Translations under genes and position numbers: made by a program
In this document: positions 1 through 10,929 of the stretch, piece by piece
Numbering within the stretch: position 1 is the stretch's first letter
Layout of the letters: each line of letters starts with the position of its first letter
The notes under the pieces: model-generated
What the model was told of the DNA's origin: nothing
What the model saw: only the letters and a program-made list of their open reading frames with translations
Databases searched by the model: none
Source of the DNA: an uncultured Clostridia bacterium
GTDB lineage: Bacteria; Bacillota; Clostridia; Christensenellales; QALW01
DNA: 64,000 bases
Direction: 5' to 3'
NCBI GenBank assembly: GCA_958448705.1
Contig: CAUDEY010000003.1
Span: 76,518-140,517, forward strand

Positions 1-287
1 CATTCACAAAGATCACCCCAAAATTCGCGGCAGGTAAAAAGATGCATATATTCCGCTTCATTTTCGTTCAAAAGGAACGTTACCACTGCGCGGTACTCTA
101 ACTTGCCCAGTGTCAAACCCGTTTCTTCCAGTGCTTCGCGTCGGGCGCATTCGTCAGGGCTCTCTCCCGGTAAAAATTTTCCGCCCACGCCAATCCATTT
201 ATCTTTATTGATATCATTTTTCTTTTTTATGCGATGGAGCATCAAATATTTTCCGTCTCTTTCAAGGTAAATCAGTGTAGTATTCAT
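1..287 (-). CDS. NUDIX hydrolase (MutT-like), C-terminus cut by window edge
   Basis: Manual minus-strand translation from ATG 285-287 gives MNTTLIYLERDGKYLMLHRIKKK...GGKFLPGESPDECARREALEETGL, which matches the Nudix box GX5EX7REUXEEXGU. GGAGG RBS at 292-296. Not in the ORF track because it is truncated. Confidence 0.8.
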   Translation of the reverse strand, partial: MNTTLIYLERDGKYLMLHRIKKKNDINKDKWIGVGGKFLPGESPDECARREALEETGLTLGKLEYRAVVTFLLNENEAEYMHLFTCREFWGDLCE

Positions 288-521
288 AAAGCCTCCATAG
301 GGAATTGTTCATCCTATTTTTATAATATCACTATATGCACATATATGCATTATTTAATCGTTTCGCTATTGTACCTCTGATAAAAGTATAATTTTTATTA
401 TACCATATCTTTTTTCGCCTGAAAAGCCCCGCTCCATCTTTTATAAAATTTCATTTCCTTTCACTTTAAAAATTTTTCCATAGATTTTTTATATTTTTAC
501 AAAAATTTCACCTTTTTTTAT

Positions 522-550
522 TTGACAGTATCTCGTGATCTTTTTATAAT
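522..550 (+). promoter_or_regulatory. Consensus sigma-A promoter (TTGACA-17 nt-TATAAT) for the marR-ABC operon
   Basis: TTGACA at 522-527, 17-nt spacer, TATAAT at 545-550, about 55 nt upstream of the marR start. Confidence 0.7.
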
Positions 551-581
551 AGTTAACGTGTTAATTATTAACATGTTAACT
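551..581. promoter_or_regulatory. 31-bp near-perfect inverted repeat, candidate MarR operator
   Basis: AGTTAACGTGTTAAT-T-ATTAACATGTTAACT, with 14 of 15 arm positions complementary. It starts immediately after the -10 box and so overlaps the expected transcription start. Confidence 0.6.
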
Positions 582-604
582 ATTTTTATGAGGGGGAATG
601 CTAC

Positions 605-1042
605 TTGACTGAAAAAGATTGTTATACGATCGTGCAGCGTAAATTCATTCAAATCAACCGTCTGCACCGCACGATCATGGATAAAACCATCAGTGCTACC
701 GGTCTGCACCGAAGCCAGCATATGCTGCTGGTTCATCTTTCACACACACAAAGCGCGCCAACGCAAAAGGAAATTGCCGATGCTTTCCAAATCAGTTCCG
801 CCGCTGTAGCAGTCACACTCAAAAAAATGGAGCAAAACGGCTACATTTCCCGTATTTCTCCCAACGGCGACATGCGCTGCAATAAAATAACGATAACCGA
901 AAAAGGCTACGAAATCCTAAAAGCTACAAAAAAAATAGTAGATGGCATCGACGAGGCAATTTACGCCGGTTTTACCAAAGAAGAACTCGCCACCTTCTCT
1001 GCCTGTTTAGATAAAATGCAGGAAAATCTTTTAAATCTTTAA
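605..1042 (+). CDS. MarR family transcriptional regulator
   Basis: 145 aa with a winged-HTH region (QKEIADAFQISSAAVAVTLKKMEQNGYISR), TTG start. First gene of an operon with two ABC exporter genes. Confidence 0.85.
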   Translation: MTEKDCYTIVQRKFIQINRLHRTIMDKTISATGLHRSQHMLLVHLSHTQSAPTQKEIADAFQISSAAVAVTLKKMEQNGYISRISPNGDMRCNKITITEKGYEILKATKKIVDGIDEAIYAGFTKEELATFSACLDKMQENLLNL

Positions 1043-1076
1043 AATAATCTTTTATACAAAAAGGAGATGACAAGTA

Positions 1077-2846
1077 TTGAAACGATGGTTCAAGTACATC
1101 AAACCATACCTGCCGGCGTTTATCTTAGGACCGCTGTGCATGATTGTCGAAGTAATCGGCGAAGTGCTGATGCCCAAACTGCTGGCTCTGATCATTGACT
1201 ACGGTGCCGGCGACAAAGAAGCACCTGCTCTTATTCAAAAGCTGTATGATCTGTTCGGTACTGACAGCGGCTTTATCGTTGCGATCATGACCGGTATGAT
1301 CCTAACCGCTCTTTTAATGATGATAGGCGGAGTAGGCGGTGCTTGGTTTGGTGCAAAGGCTTCGGTTAATTTTGCAGCCGACCTGCGCTGCGATGTATAT
1401 AAAAAAGTGCAGAAATTTTCTTTTTCCAATATTGATAAATTTCAAACCGGATCTCTGGTAACACGGCTTACCAACGATATTACACAAGTGCAGAATTTTA
1501 TCAATATGCTGCTGCGTATGGCTCTGCGCGCACCGGGCATGCTGATCGGCGCACTGATCATGGCGATTATGCTCAATCCCTCGCTTACCGTAGTACTGGG
1601 AGTATCTATTCCGCTGATGCTAATAGTCATCGCATTTCTAATTTCCAAAGGATTTCCGCGCTTTTCTAAAATGCAGGAAAAGATCGACGCGCTCAACTCC
1701 ACCGTGCAGGAAAACATTACTAATGTACGTGTGGTAAAAAGTTTTGTTCGGGAAGATTTTGAAAAAGAGAAATTTTTCCATGCCAACAGCAACTTAAGGA
1801 AAGCCGGCTTCAGTGCCATGAGTATTATGATCTTCATTTCACCGCTGGTAACATTCTTTATGAATGCCACAACCATTGCCGTATACTGGTTCGGTGGAAA
1901 TATGGTCATATCCGGCAGCATGTCTCCCGGTGATCTGACTGCTTTTATCACCTATATTACACAAATTTTGATGTCGCTGATGATGGTAACAATGCTGTTT
2001 ATGATGCTCTCCCGTGCGCTGGCATCCACCAAGCGTATTGCCGAGGTATTGGATGAAAAAATAGATATCTCTGATGAAAATGCCTCTAAAGAGCTCACCG
2101 TTCAGAACGGCCAAATCGAGTTTAGAAATGTTTCCTTCCGCTATTATAAAAACAGCGAAGAAAAGGTTTTAGATTCTGTCAGTTTCACGATTCCGCCGCG
2201 GGCAACGGTAGGAATCATCGGTTCTACCGGCTGCGGAAAAACTACGCTGGTTTCGATGATTCCGCGGCTTTATGACGCAGATGAGAGCCAGGTACTGATT
2301 GACGGTATAAATGTAAAAGACTACTCCCTTTTCCATCTGCGTGAAAGCGTAGGCATGGTTCTGCAAAAGAACGTACTCTTTTCCGGTACAATTGAAGAAA
2401 ACCTGCGTTGGGGCGATGAAAATGCTACCGAGGAACAAATCCGTTCCGCCGCCGAAAGCGCACAAGCAGATAAATTCGTATCTTCCTTTCCGAAAGGGTA
2501 TCAAACCGATCTGGATCAGGGCGGAACCAATGTTTCCGGCGGCCAAAAGCAACGTCTGTGCATTGCGCGTGCTCTGCTGAAAAAACCAAAAATCCTCATT
2601 CTTGACGATTCTACCAGTGCCGTGGATACCGCCACCGAAGCGCAGATCCGCAATACCTTTAAAACCACACTTGCCGACACTACAAAAATCATCATTGCGC
2701 AGCGGATCAGTTCTGTCATGGACGCGGATATGATCCTGGTAATGGATAACGGAAAAATAACGGGAATCGGTACGCATGAGCAGCTGCTGAAAGAAAATAC
2801 CGAGTACCAGGAAATCTACTATTCCCAAATGGAGAAGGAGGCATAA
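1077..2846 (+). CDS. ABC exporter half-transporter (TMD-NBD), subunit carrying the degenerate ATP site
   Basis: Six-TM region followed by an NBD: Walker A GSTGCGKTT, signature VSGGQKQR, Walker B ILILDD (Asp replaces the catalytic Glu), H-loop IAQRIS (Gln replaces His). TTG start with AAAGGAG RBS. Confidence 0.9.
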   Translation: MKRWFKYIKPYLPAFILGPLCMIVEVIGEVLMPKLLALIIDYGAGDKEAPALIQKLYDLFGTDSGFIVAIMTGMILTALLMMIGGVGGAWFGAKASVNFAADLRCDVYKKVQKFSFSNIDKFQTGSLVTRLTNDITQVQNFINMLLRMALRAPGMLIGALIMAIMLNPSLTVVLGVSIPLMLIVIAFLISKGFPRFSKMQEKIDALNSTVQENITNVRVVKSFVREDFEKEKFFHANSNLRKAGFSAMSIMIFISPLVTFFMNATTIAVYWFGGNMVISGSMSPGDLTAFITYITQILMSLMMVTMLFMMLSRALASTKRIAEVLDEKIDISDENASKELTVQNGQIEFRNVSFRYYKNSEEKVLDSVSFTIPPRATVGIIGSTGCGKTTLVSMIPRLYDADESQVLIDGINVKDYSLFHLRESVGMVLQKNVLFSGTIEENLRWGDENATEEQIRSAAESAQADKFVSSFPKGYQTDLDQGGTNVSGGQKQRLCIARALLKKPKILILDDSTSAVDTATEAQIRNTFKTTLADTTKIIIAQRISSVMDADMILVMDNGKITGIGTHEQLLKENTEYQEIYYSQMEKEA

Positions 2847-2849
2847 TTG

Positions 2850-4733
2850 ATGAAACGTTCTCTTGCAGACCTCCAGAGACAATACAGTAAAACTTCTGCC
2901 AATACAAAAGGCGGCGCCGGCATGATGCCCGGCCCCGGTCCCGGCGGTCCCCGGCACGGCGGTCCGCGTGCCAGTGGAAAGCCGAAGAATATGTCTGCCA
3001 CGGTAAAACGCCTGTTTTCCTATATTGCTGAGCATAAGTTCAGGCTGATCCTTGTTTTATTTCTGATGCTCGCCAGCAGTATGACTTCCTTGATTGGTTC
3101 CTACAATCTGCGTCCAATCATCAATCATATCACCGATGGTACGACTTCTTCTGCGGACAGAATTGCCTATTTAGGGCAGACCCTTATTATTCTTGCCTGT
3201 ATTTATCTGATAGGCGTGGAGGCCACCTATTTACAAAACAGAATCATGGTCACTGTTTCGCAAAGCTCTATCGAAAAGCTGCGCAACGACCTGTTCTGCA
3301 AGCTGCAATCTCTGCCGACCAGATATTTTGACTCGAATCCCACCGGCGAGATCATGAGCCGTTTTACCAATGATATTGATAATATCGATAATATGATCAA
3401 CCAGACATTAACCAGTTTAATCTCCGGTACCATACAGCTGATTGGCACCTTTATCGTAATGATTTCCACCAATATCTGGCTTACACTGATCACAATCGTA
3501 TTCATTCCTATTTTTACTTTCGGCGGCGGACTGATCGCTAAAAAATCAAGCAAATATTACGGCGGACAGCAAGCAGCTTTAGGCGCGATAAACGGATATA
3601 TTGAAGAAACCGTAAACGGCGCTAAAGTCATTAAAGTATTCAATCATGAAAAAACCTGTACAGAAGAATTTGAGCTTTTAAATAACGATATGCGCCAAAA
3701 ACAATTGAAAGCACAATTCTACGGCGGCATCATGGGGCCTATCATGGGCAATACCAGTCAAATCAGCTATGCTGTTACTGCCGGAATCGGCGGATTGATG
3801 TGCCTGTTCGGAAATTTTGATGTAGGCGGTCTCTCTGTTTTCTGTGGCTACTCCCGAAATTTTTCGATGCCTATCAATACCATATCGCAGCAAATGAGTA
3901 CCATTTTTGCCGCACTTGCCGGTGCTGAACGTGTCTTCCGTGTAATGGATACCGCACCGGAGGCCCCTGATAGGGAGAATGCTGCGGCCATGACGCAAAT
4001 AGAAGGAAATGTTGTTTTAGATAATGTAACCTTTGGGTATGTACCGGAAAAAACAATATTAAAGCATATTTCCCTTGACGCCAAACCTGGACAAAAAATC
4101 GCCTTTGTCGGTTCCACAGGCGCAGGAAAAACTACCATTACCAACCTTTTGAACCGTTTTTACGATATTGAGGAAGGTACAATTACCATTGACGGCATCA
4201 ACATCATGGATATTCAGCGAAGCGTACTGCGTCAAAATATTGCAATGGTTCTGCAGGACACCCATCTTTTTACCGGAACGATAATGGAAAATATCCGGTA
4301 TGGCCGGCTCGATGCAACCGATGAAGAGGTCATCGCTGCAGCCAAAACCGCCAGCGCCCATTCCTTTATTCTGCGCCTTGCCGACGGCTATAACACAATG
4401 ATTGAGGGCGATGGCTCCAATCTTTCCCAAGGACAGCGGCAGTTGCTCAATATTGCCCGTGCAGCATTAAGCAAAGCGCCAATTCTTGTTCTTGACGAAG
4501 CTACCAGCTCAGTAGATACCCGAACGGAACGTCACATTGAACACGGTATGAACCGGCTGATGAAAAACCGAACTACCTTTGTAATTGCCCATCGCCTTTC
4601 TACCGTACGCAATGCTGATATCATCATGGTTCTGGAAAATGGCGAAATCATTGAGCGGGGTAATCATGAAGAATTATTAAAGCAGAAAGGACGTTATTAT
4701 GAGCTATATACCGGTATTAAAGAACTGGATTAA
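2850..4733 (+). CDS. ABC exporter half-transporter (TMD-NBD), canonical-site partner subunit
   Basis: Walker A GSTGAGKTT, Walker B ILVLDEATS, H-loop IAHRLS, but an atypical signature LSQGQRQ. The N-terminus is Gly/Pro-rich. ATG 2850 is preferred over TTG 2847 because it lies 8 nt from GGAGG. Confidence 0.9.
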   Translation: MKRSLADLQRQYSKTSANTKGGAGMMPGPGPGGPRHGGPRASGKPKNMSATVKRLFSYIAEHKFRLILVLFLMLASSMTSLIGSYNLRPIINHITDGTTSSADRIAYLGQTLIILACIYLIGVEATYLQNRIMVTVSQSSIEKLRNDLFCKLQSLPTRYFDSNPTGEIMSRFTNDIDNIDNMINQTLTSLISGTIQLIGTFIVMISTNIWLTLITIVFIPIFTFGGGLIAKKSSKYYGGQQAALGAINGYIEETVNGAKVIKVFNHEKTCTEEFELLNNDMRQKQLKAQFYGGIMGPIMGNTSQISYAVTAGIGGLMCLFGNFDVGGLSVFCGYSRNFSMPINTISQQMSTIFAALAGAERVFRVMDTAPEAPDRENAAAMTQIEGNVVLDNVTFGYVPEKTILKHISLDAKPGQKIAFVGSTGAGKTTITNLLNRFYDIEEGTITIDGINIMDIQRSVLRQNIAMVLQDTHLFTGTIMENIRYGRLDATDEEVIAAAKTASAHSFILRLADGYNTMIEGDGSNLSQGQRQLLNIARAALSKAPILVLDEATSSVDTRTERHIEHGMNRLMKNRTTFVIAHRLSTVRNADIIMVLENGEIIERGNHEELLKQKGRYYELYTGIKELD

Positions 4734-5367
4734 AAAAGTTCCAGCAATTCTGCTTATTGTTCTGCTCTTTTGCGGCTGCACCGCAAAAGAGCCGGATGAG
4801 CAGCTCACTCCGCACGAGGATACGCTCCACGGGGAACTGGAGGGGTACGCTTTTACACAAACGGATCTGCAAACCGATACCGTAAAATTAGAGATGACCG
4901 ACGGGGGAATCATTTTGATAGAGCTATACCCTCAAGACGCACCGGAAACCGTAAAGAACTTTAAAAAGTTAGTAGAAAATAAATATTACGACGGTCTGCT
5001 CTTTCATCGTGTAGTAAAGGATTTTGTAATACAGACCGGTGATCCCACCGGAACAGGCTCCGGCGGCTCCAGTGAAAAGATATATGGAGAATTCGGTATA
5101 AACGGATTTTCAAATTCCATAGAACATACCCGCGGCACACTTTCTATGGCGCGTCTTTCTCAGGATTATAACAGTGCGTCCTCACAGTTTTTTATCTGCC
5201 ATCAAGATGCGCCTTCTTTAAACGGGAGCTATGCCGCCTTCGGCCGGGTTATCGCCGGAATGGATACTGTAGACAAAATTGCCGCCGTAAAAACCGACAG
5301 CAACGGATACCCCCGTACCCCCCAAAAAATATCCTCCATTCGTTTTGTAACCGTTACCCAAATCTAA
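4699..5367 (+). CDS. Cyclophilin-type peptidyl-prolyl cis-trans isomerase, predicted lipoprotein
   Basis: Signal peptide with lipobox LLFCGC, then cyclophilin motifs (FHRVVKDFVIQTGDP, SMARLS..NSASSQFFI). Overlaps the upstream ABC gene by 35 nt. Confidence 0.85.
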   Translation: MSYIPVLKNWIKKVPAILLIVLLFCGCTAKEPDEQLTPHEDTLHGELEGYAFTQTDLQTDTVKLEMTDGGIILIELYPQDAPETVKNFKKLVENKYYDGLLFHRVVKDFVIQTGDPTGTGSGGSSEKIYGEFGINGFSNSIEHTRGTLSMARLSQDYNSASSQFFICHQDAPSLNGSYAAFGRVIAGMDTVDKIAAVKTDSNGYPRTPQKISSIRFVTVTQI

Positions 5368-5371
5368 AAAG

Positions 5372-5410
5372 AAAAAGGCCGGAACCCTTCCGCTCCGGCC
5401 TTTTTCTTTT
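5372..5410. terminator. Bidirectional intrinsic terminator
   Basis: Stem GGCCGGA (5377-5383) pairs with TCCGGCC (5394-5400), flanked by an A-run upstream and a T-run downstream. Confidence 0.75.
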
Positions 5411-5426
5411 CTTACAAAGCAAGATT

Positions 5427-5618
5427 CTATGCGCTCATTTGAAAATCCATAAAATCTCCATAGCTGTTATCGGTCGTATGCCATCCATCTTTCGCTACTC
5501 CTTTTTTATACGAAGCCGGCCTACGCTTTTGTTTTTTTATCTTCCTTATCTTTTTTGCCAATATCTCTATTCCCATATTACAGCCTATCCAAAGCATCAA
5601 CACAATCAGTGTGCCCAT
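5427..5618 (-). CDS. Small hypothetical membrane protein (63 aa)
   Basis: ATG at 5618 lies 9 nt after GGAGG. One hydrophobic helix (MGTLIVLMLWIGCNMGIEIL) is followed by a Lys/Arg-rich stretch. No recognisable family. Confidence 0.4.
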   Translation of the reverse strand: MGTLIVLMLWIGCNMGIEILAKKIRKIKKQKRRPASYKKGVAKDGWHTTDNSYGDFMDFQMSA

Positions 5619-5790
5619 TATAATATCCTCCGTTCTTCTTTTTGCAAATTTATTATACAAAAGCAAAAGTCCGTTAAAACGGACTTTAATAAAATTATTT
5701 TTTAGTATTTCTTTGCCCCCTATAACTGCAATCTATCATTTCCACTGTCTGCCGCAGATAAGACTTTTTACACGGCAGAGCCCCAAAAAC

Positions 5791-5828
5791 TAAAAAGAAG
5801 GTTTCAACACAAAAGTTGAAACCTTCTT
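5791..5828 (-). terminator. Intrinsic terminator of groES-groEL
   Basis: Perfect 14-bp stem (5795-5808 with 5815-5828), 6-nt loop, and a T-run on the minus strand. Confidence 0.85.
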
Positions 5829-5865
5829 GTCTTCTTTACAGAATTGAACCGTCAAGCCTGAGCTT

Positions 5866-7814
<1,949 letters not shown>

Positions 7815-7817
7815 TTA

Positions 7818-7844
7818 TTAGCACTCATCTCTGTCGAGTGCTAA
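7818..7844 (-). promoter_or_regulatory. CIRCE element (HrcA operator)
   Basis: TTAGCACTC-N9-GAGTGCTAA is a perfect match to the CIRCE consensus. It lies between the promoter and the groES RBS. Confidence 0.95.
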
Positions 7845-7851
7845 CACCCTT

Positions 7852-7880
7852 ATCATACATATTTTACCATGCTTAGGCAA
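7852..7880 (-). promoter_or_regulatory. groESL promoter (TTGCCT-17-TATGAT)
   Basis: On the minus strand, -35 is at 7875-7880 and -10 at 7852-7857, immediately upstream of CIRCE. Confidence 0.6.
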
Positions 7881-7974
7881 ATTCTATTTTTCCCCGTTTA
7901 AAGCTATTTTCATGCACTTATATAGTAAAATATCTTGTTTTCTATGTTTTTCTCTTGTTTTCTACTATTTTTAC

Positions 7975-8943
7975 TTACTGTTTCACATTCAAATGAGCAC
8001 GCCGTTCCTCCTCCAGTTTCCGCACCCGCGCTTTCAAATTTTTCACTTCTGCCTGGAGGGCAAACAATGTACGCTGCTGCATGTAAACTTCCTGCATAAC
8101 ACCCGCCTGCTGTACCGGAACTTCCGGTATCTTGATATAAGGAAACGGCGATGAAAGAATCATATGTTTTTCTTCTCCGGCAGTACAGACAATATATTCT
8201 TTTTCTCCTCTGGGCGGGGCAACCTCACCGCTGTAGTGCCAGCTTCCGTTAAATGCAAGTACTTTAAGCTTTCCCTCACACCGATACAGCAGCCGCTCGT
8301 TTTCGACTGCATAAATACTGTTTCCCGCAGCAAGCTCATCGCTGCCGCAATAAATCGTTCCGCCGCTTTCAAAAAGAATGTCATCTCCGCAAAGCTGCGC
8401 ATAAGTGATGGGCTGCTGTGCTTCAAAAATTATATTTTGTGAATCATATGCATTAATGAGCACATAAGAGCTTTTAGTTTTTTCCATCACATATCCCCGT
8501 TCTCCCCTCTTACCTACACACAGCAAATACAAGTCATTTACAGAAGTGTAAATATTTTTTCCGTGCCAACCATCTTCGGCAGCGCTGTATTCAATACACG
8601 CACAGCCCTCACGGCTTTTTACACAATAATTTAAAAGCAGCTGTGTTCCCGCGGTAACAATCACACTGGTAATTTCAAAGGATGCCGGCAGGTGCATCAG
8701 ATGTGTCGTGCTTGTCTTGCCGTCACTCCAGCGGATATACGTAAGTGTATTTGCGGTAACCGCCGCAATATGTACGGTTCCGTTTTTATCGATATCGGCA
8801 CTGAATAATTTACATTCGTGCGAAGTAAGCACCGAAGAAAAGACTGCACGTTCTTCCTTTGCCGCAATCAAAGAAAGCTGTTTTTTTCCATTTAAGCCTA
8901 TTTTATATAAATGCTCTGCATCGCTTAAAACATATTCTCTCAT
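7975..8943 (-). CDS. Hypothetical protein with C-terminal coiled coil
   Basis: 322 aa, good RBS (AAGGGAG), beta-rich body, and a C-terminal heptad-like segment (LFALQAEVKNLKARVRKLEEERRA). No TM segment and no recognisable motif. Confidence 0.65.
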   Translation of the reverse strand: MREYVLSDAEHLYKIGLNGKKQLSLIAAKEERAVFSSVLTSHECKLFSADIDKNGTVHIAAVTANTLTYIRWSDGKTSTTHLMHLPASFEITSVIVTAGTQLLLNYCVKSREGCACIEYSAAEDGWHGKNIYTSVNDLYLLCVGKRGERGYVMEKTKSSYVLINAYDSQNIIFEAQQPITYAQLCGDDILFESGGTIYCGSDELAAGNSIYAVENERLLYRCEGKLKVLAFNGSWHYSGEVAPPRGEKEYIVCTAGEEKHMILSSPFPYIKIPEVPVQQAGVMQEVYMQQRTLFALQAEVKNLKARVRKLEEERRAHLNVKQ

Positions 8944-9040
8944 CTCAATCTCCCTTTAACACCATATTTCTTTTAATATTATATTGAACTTTTTACCGTT
9001 TTATGTTATGATATAAGCGTTTAAAGCAAGGGGTTTTTGC

Positions 9041-9724
9041 ATGAAAATTTTTACTGTTTCTGACCTCCATCTCCCCGGAGGAATGGATAAAACAATGGAT
9101 ATGTTCGGTTCCGGCTGGCAGGGACATTGGGATAAGATCCGCGCAGACTGGCAAAAGCGGGTAAAACAGGACGATATCGTACTTATTGCAGGCGATATAT
9201 CCTGGGCAATGCAATTGGATGACGCTATTGGGGACCTCAATGCCATCGGTGCTTTGCCGGGAAAAAAAATACTCATCCGGGGCAATCATGACTATTGGTG
9301 GAACAGCGTGACCCAGATCCGCCAAAGATTGCCTGAAAATATGTTCGTTTTACAAAATGACGCTGTCAAAATAGAAAATTTTGTTTTCGCAGGCACCCGC
9401 GGCTGGATGGAGTCCGCCACTGCAGAAGATAAAAAAATTTTTGCTCGGGAGAAAATTCGTTTGGCTCTCACTCTCTCGGCCGCAAAAAAACTATGTACGG
9501 ATACTTCCATTCTGATCACTCTTTTACATTATCCTCCGGTAATCAACCGGACACACTTTAACGAATTTTGTGATTTAATGGAACAATATCAAGTAAAATA
9601 TTGTATTTACGGTCACCTGCACGGCGTAGCGCCGGTAGAAAGCGAACGCACAGTACATAACGGCATTACTTATATACTTTCTTCCTGCGATATGATTGGC
9701 TTTCAATTGCGGGAAGTGTTATAA
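9041..9724 (+). CDS. Metallophosphoesterase (calcineurin-like)
   Basis: Motifs DLHL, GDISW, GNHDYWW, HYPP and GHLHG appear in the canonical order. Confidence 0.85.
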   Translation: MKIFTVSDLHLPGGMDKTMDMFGSGWQGHWDKIRADWQKRVKQDDIVLIAGDISWAMQLDDAIGDLNAIGALPGKKILIRGNHDYWWNSVTQIRQRLPENMFVLQNDAVKIENFVFAGTRGWMESATAEDKKIFAREKIRLALTLSAAKKLCTDTSILITLLHYPPVINRTHFNEFCDLMEQYQVKYCIYGHLHGVAPVESERTVHNGITYILSSCDMIGFQLREVL

Positions 9725-9736
9725 ACGGAGGAACAT

Positions 9737-10636
9737 ATGATCAATATTTACGAAGCTCCCTATGCGGGATGGAACAAATGCCTTTTTATTGAAAATGATG
9801 TTGTACAACTGATAGCAACCCTTGAAGTTGGCCCTCGGATCATACGTTACGCATTAAAAAACGGTGAAAACATGTTTTGTGAAAGAACCGATCAAATCGG
9901 CACCACCGGCGGAAATGAATGGAAAATTTACGGCGGCCATCGCCTTTGGCATTCCCCGGAAGTTCGTCCGCGCACCTATCCGGCGGATAACTTCCCTATA
10001 ACCTATGCCGTAGAAGGAACCACGGTAAAACTTACTCCTCCAGCGGAAGATCTTTCGCGTACCCAGAAAGAGATTATACTCTCTCTAAGCGAAAATTCCA
10101 GCCGCGTTATGGTAGAGCATCGTATTACGAACACGGGTGCATGGGATATCGATATGGCACTTTGGGCTCTTACGGTTTTGGATAACGGCGGACTTGAGGT
10201 CATTCCCGAGCCGGAAAACTATGACGCACTGCTGCCTAACCGCAGAATTTCACTTTGGCCCTATTCCAAACTGAACGATTCCCGTGTTTATTTTGGTGAA
10301 AAATTTATTACCTTGATGTCCGATCCCCGCATAGAAGCGCCATTTAAGCTGGGGCTCGATAATCCCTGCGGCTGGGTGGCACTTTTTAATAAAGATTGTC
10401 TCTTCATTAAGCGCTATCCCGTAGAGCCTGAGGCAGAATACCCTGACTTCGGTGTATCATTCGAAACCTATATCTGTGATTATATGACTGAATGCGAAAG
10501 CCTTTCCCCTATGATGCGGCTATCTCCCGGGGCAATGGGCGTACATGTGGAAGAATGGGAACTGCTGCCCTGTAAAATGCCAAATGCAAAGGATGAAAAC
10601 GCACTGGAGGATATTTTTAACCGCTATATAAAATAA
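9737..10636 (+). CDS. Conserved hypothetical protein (beta-rich, possibly mutarotase-like fold)
   Basis: 299 aa, GGAGG RBS, 12 nt after the preceding gene. The fold guess is weak and rests on composition only. Confidence 0.6.
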   Translation: MINIYEAPYAGWNKCLFIENDVVQLIATLEVGPRIIRYALKNGENMFCERTDQIGTTGGNEWKIYGGHRLWHSPEVRPRTYPADNFPITYAVEGTTVKLTPPAEDLSRTQKEIILSLSENSSRVMVEHRITNTGAWDIDMALWALTVLDNGGLEVIPEPENYDALLPNRRISLWPYSKLNDSRVYFGEKFITLMSDPRIEAPFKLGLDNPCGWVALFNKDCLFIKRYPVEPEAEYPDFGVSFETYICDYMTECESLSPMMRLSPGAMGVHVEEWELLPCKMPNAKDENALEDIFNRYIK

Positions 10637-10844
10637 AAAGAAAGCTGCAGCAGCTTTATCTTCAGGCGTTAAAAGCACCCGCGGATCATCATACTGCTTA
10701 CATAAATTATTTTTGCAGGGAACTCCACTGTGTTTCCCTGCATATTCTTTTAACAGAAACACCGTTGCATTATTTGAACCAATATAAGCAAAAAATATTG
10801 ATACAGTACGAGATTCCATTCAATAATGCTAAAAAGCAATATAA

Positions 10845-10874
10845 TTGACAATAATATATAAGATGTGATATTAT
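10845..10874 (+). promoter_or_regulatory. Promoter TTGACA-18-TATTAT with a TGn extended -10
   Basis: TTGACA at 10845-10850 and TATTAT at 10869-10874, preceded by TG. Upstream of the sugar transferase gene. Confidence 0.5.
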
Positions 10875-10929
10875 ATTAAAGTATAAATATTCTTCTATTT
10901 TGTTTTTTACGGAGTTCTGATCTTTATAT

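Noticed and set aside
339-352. Exact 14-mer ACATATATGCATTA shared between 339-352 and 37023-37036, with a similar TATATGCATT near 24350, considered as a possible common operator.
   Set aside because: More than ten chance 14-mer matches are expected in a 64-kb window when both strands are counted, and the motif is low-complexity AT-rich promoter sequence.
2169-3035. Long antisense ORFs listed in the track, for example 2169-3035(-), 16037-16747(+), 32304-33275(+), 41359-41964(+), 60459-61238(+), 6959-7450(+) and 1442-1951(-).
   Set aside because: Each lies entirely opposite a gene with unambiguous family motifs (ABC exporter, nrdD, glnS, rarA/prmA, ispDF, groEL). They lack RBSs and have low-complexity or odd composition. 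They are shadow ORFs.
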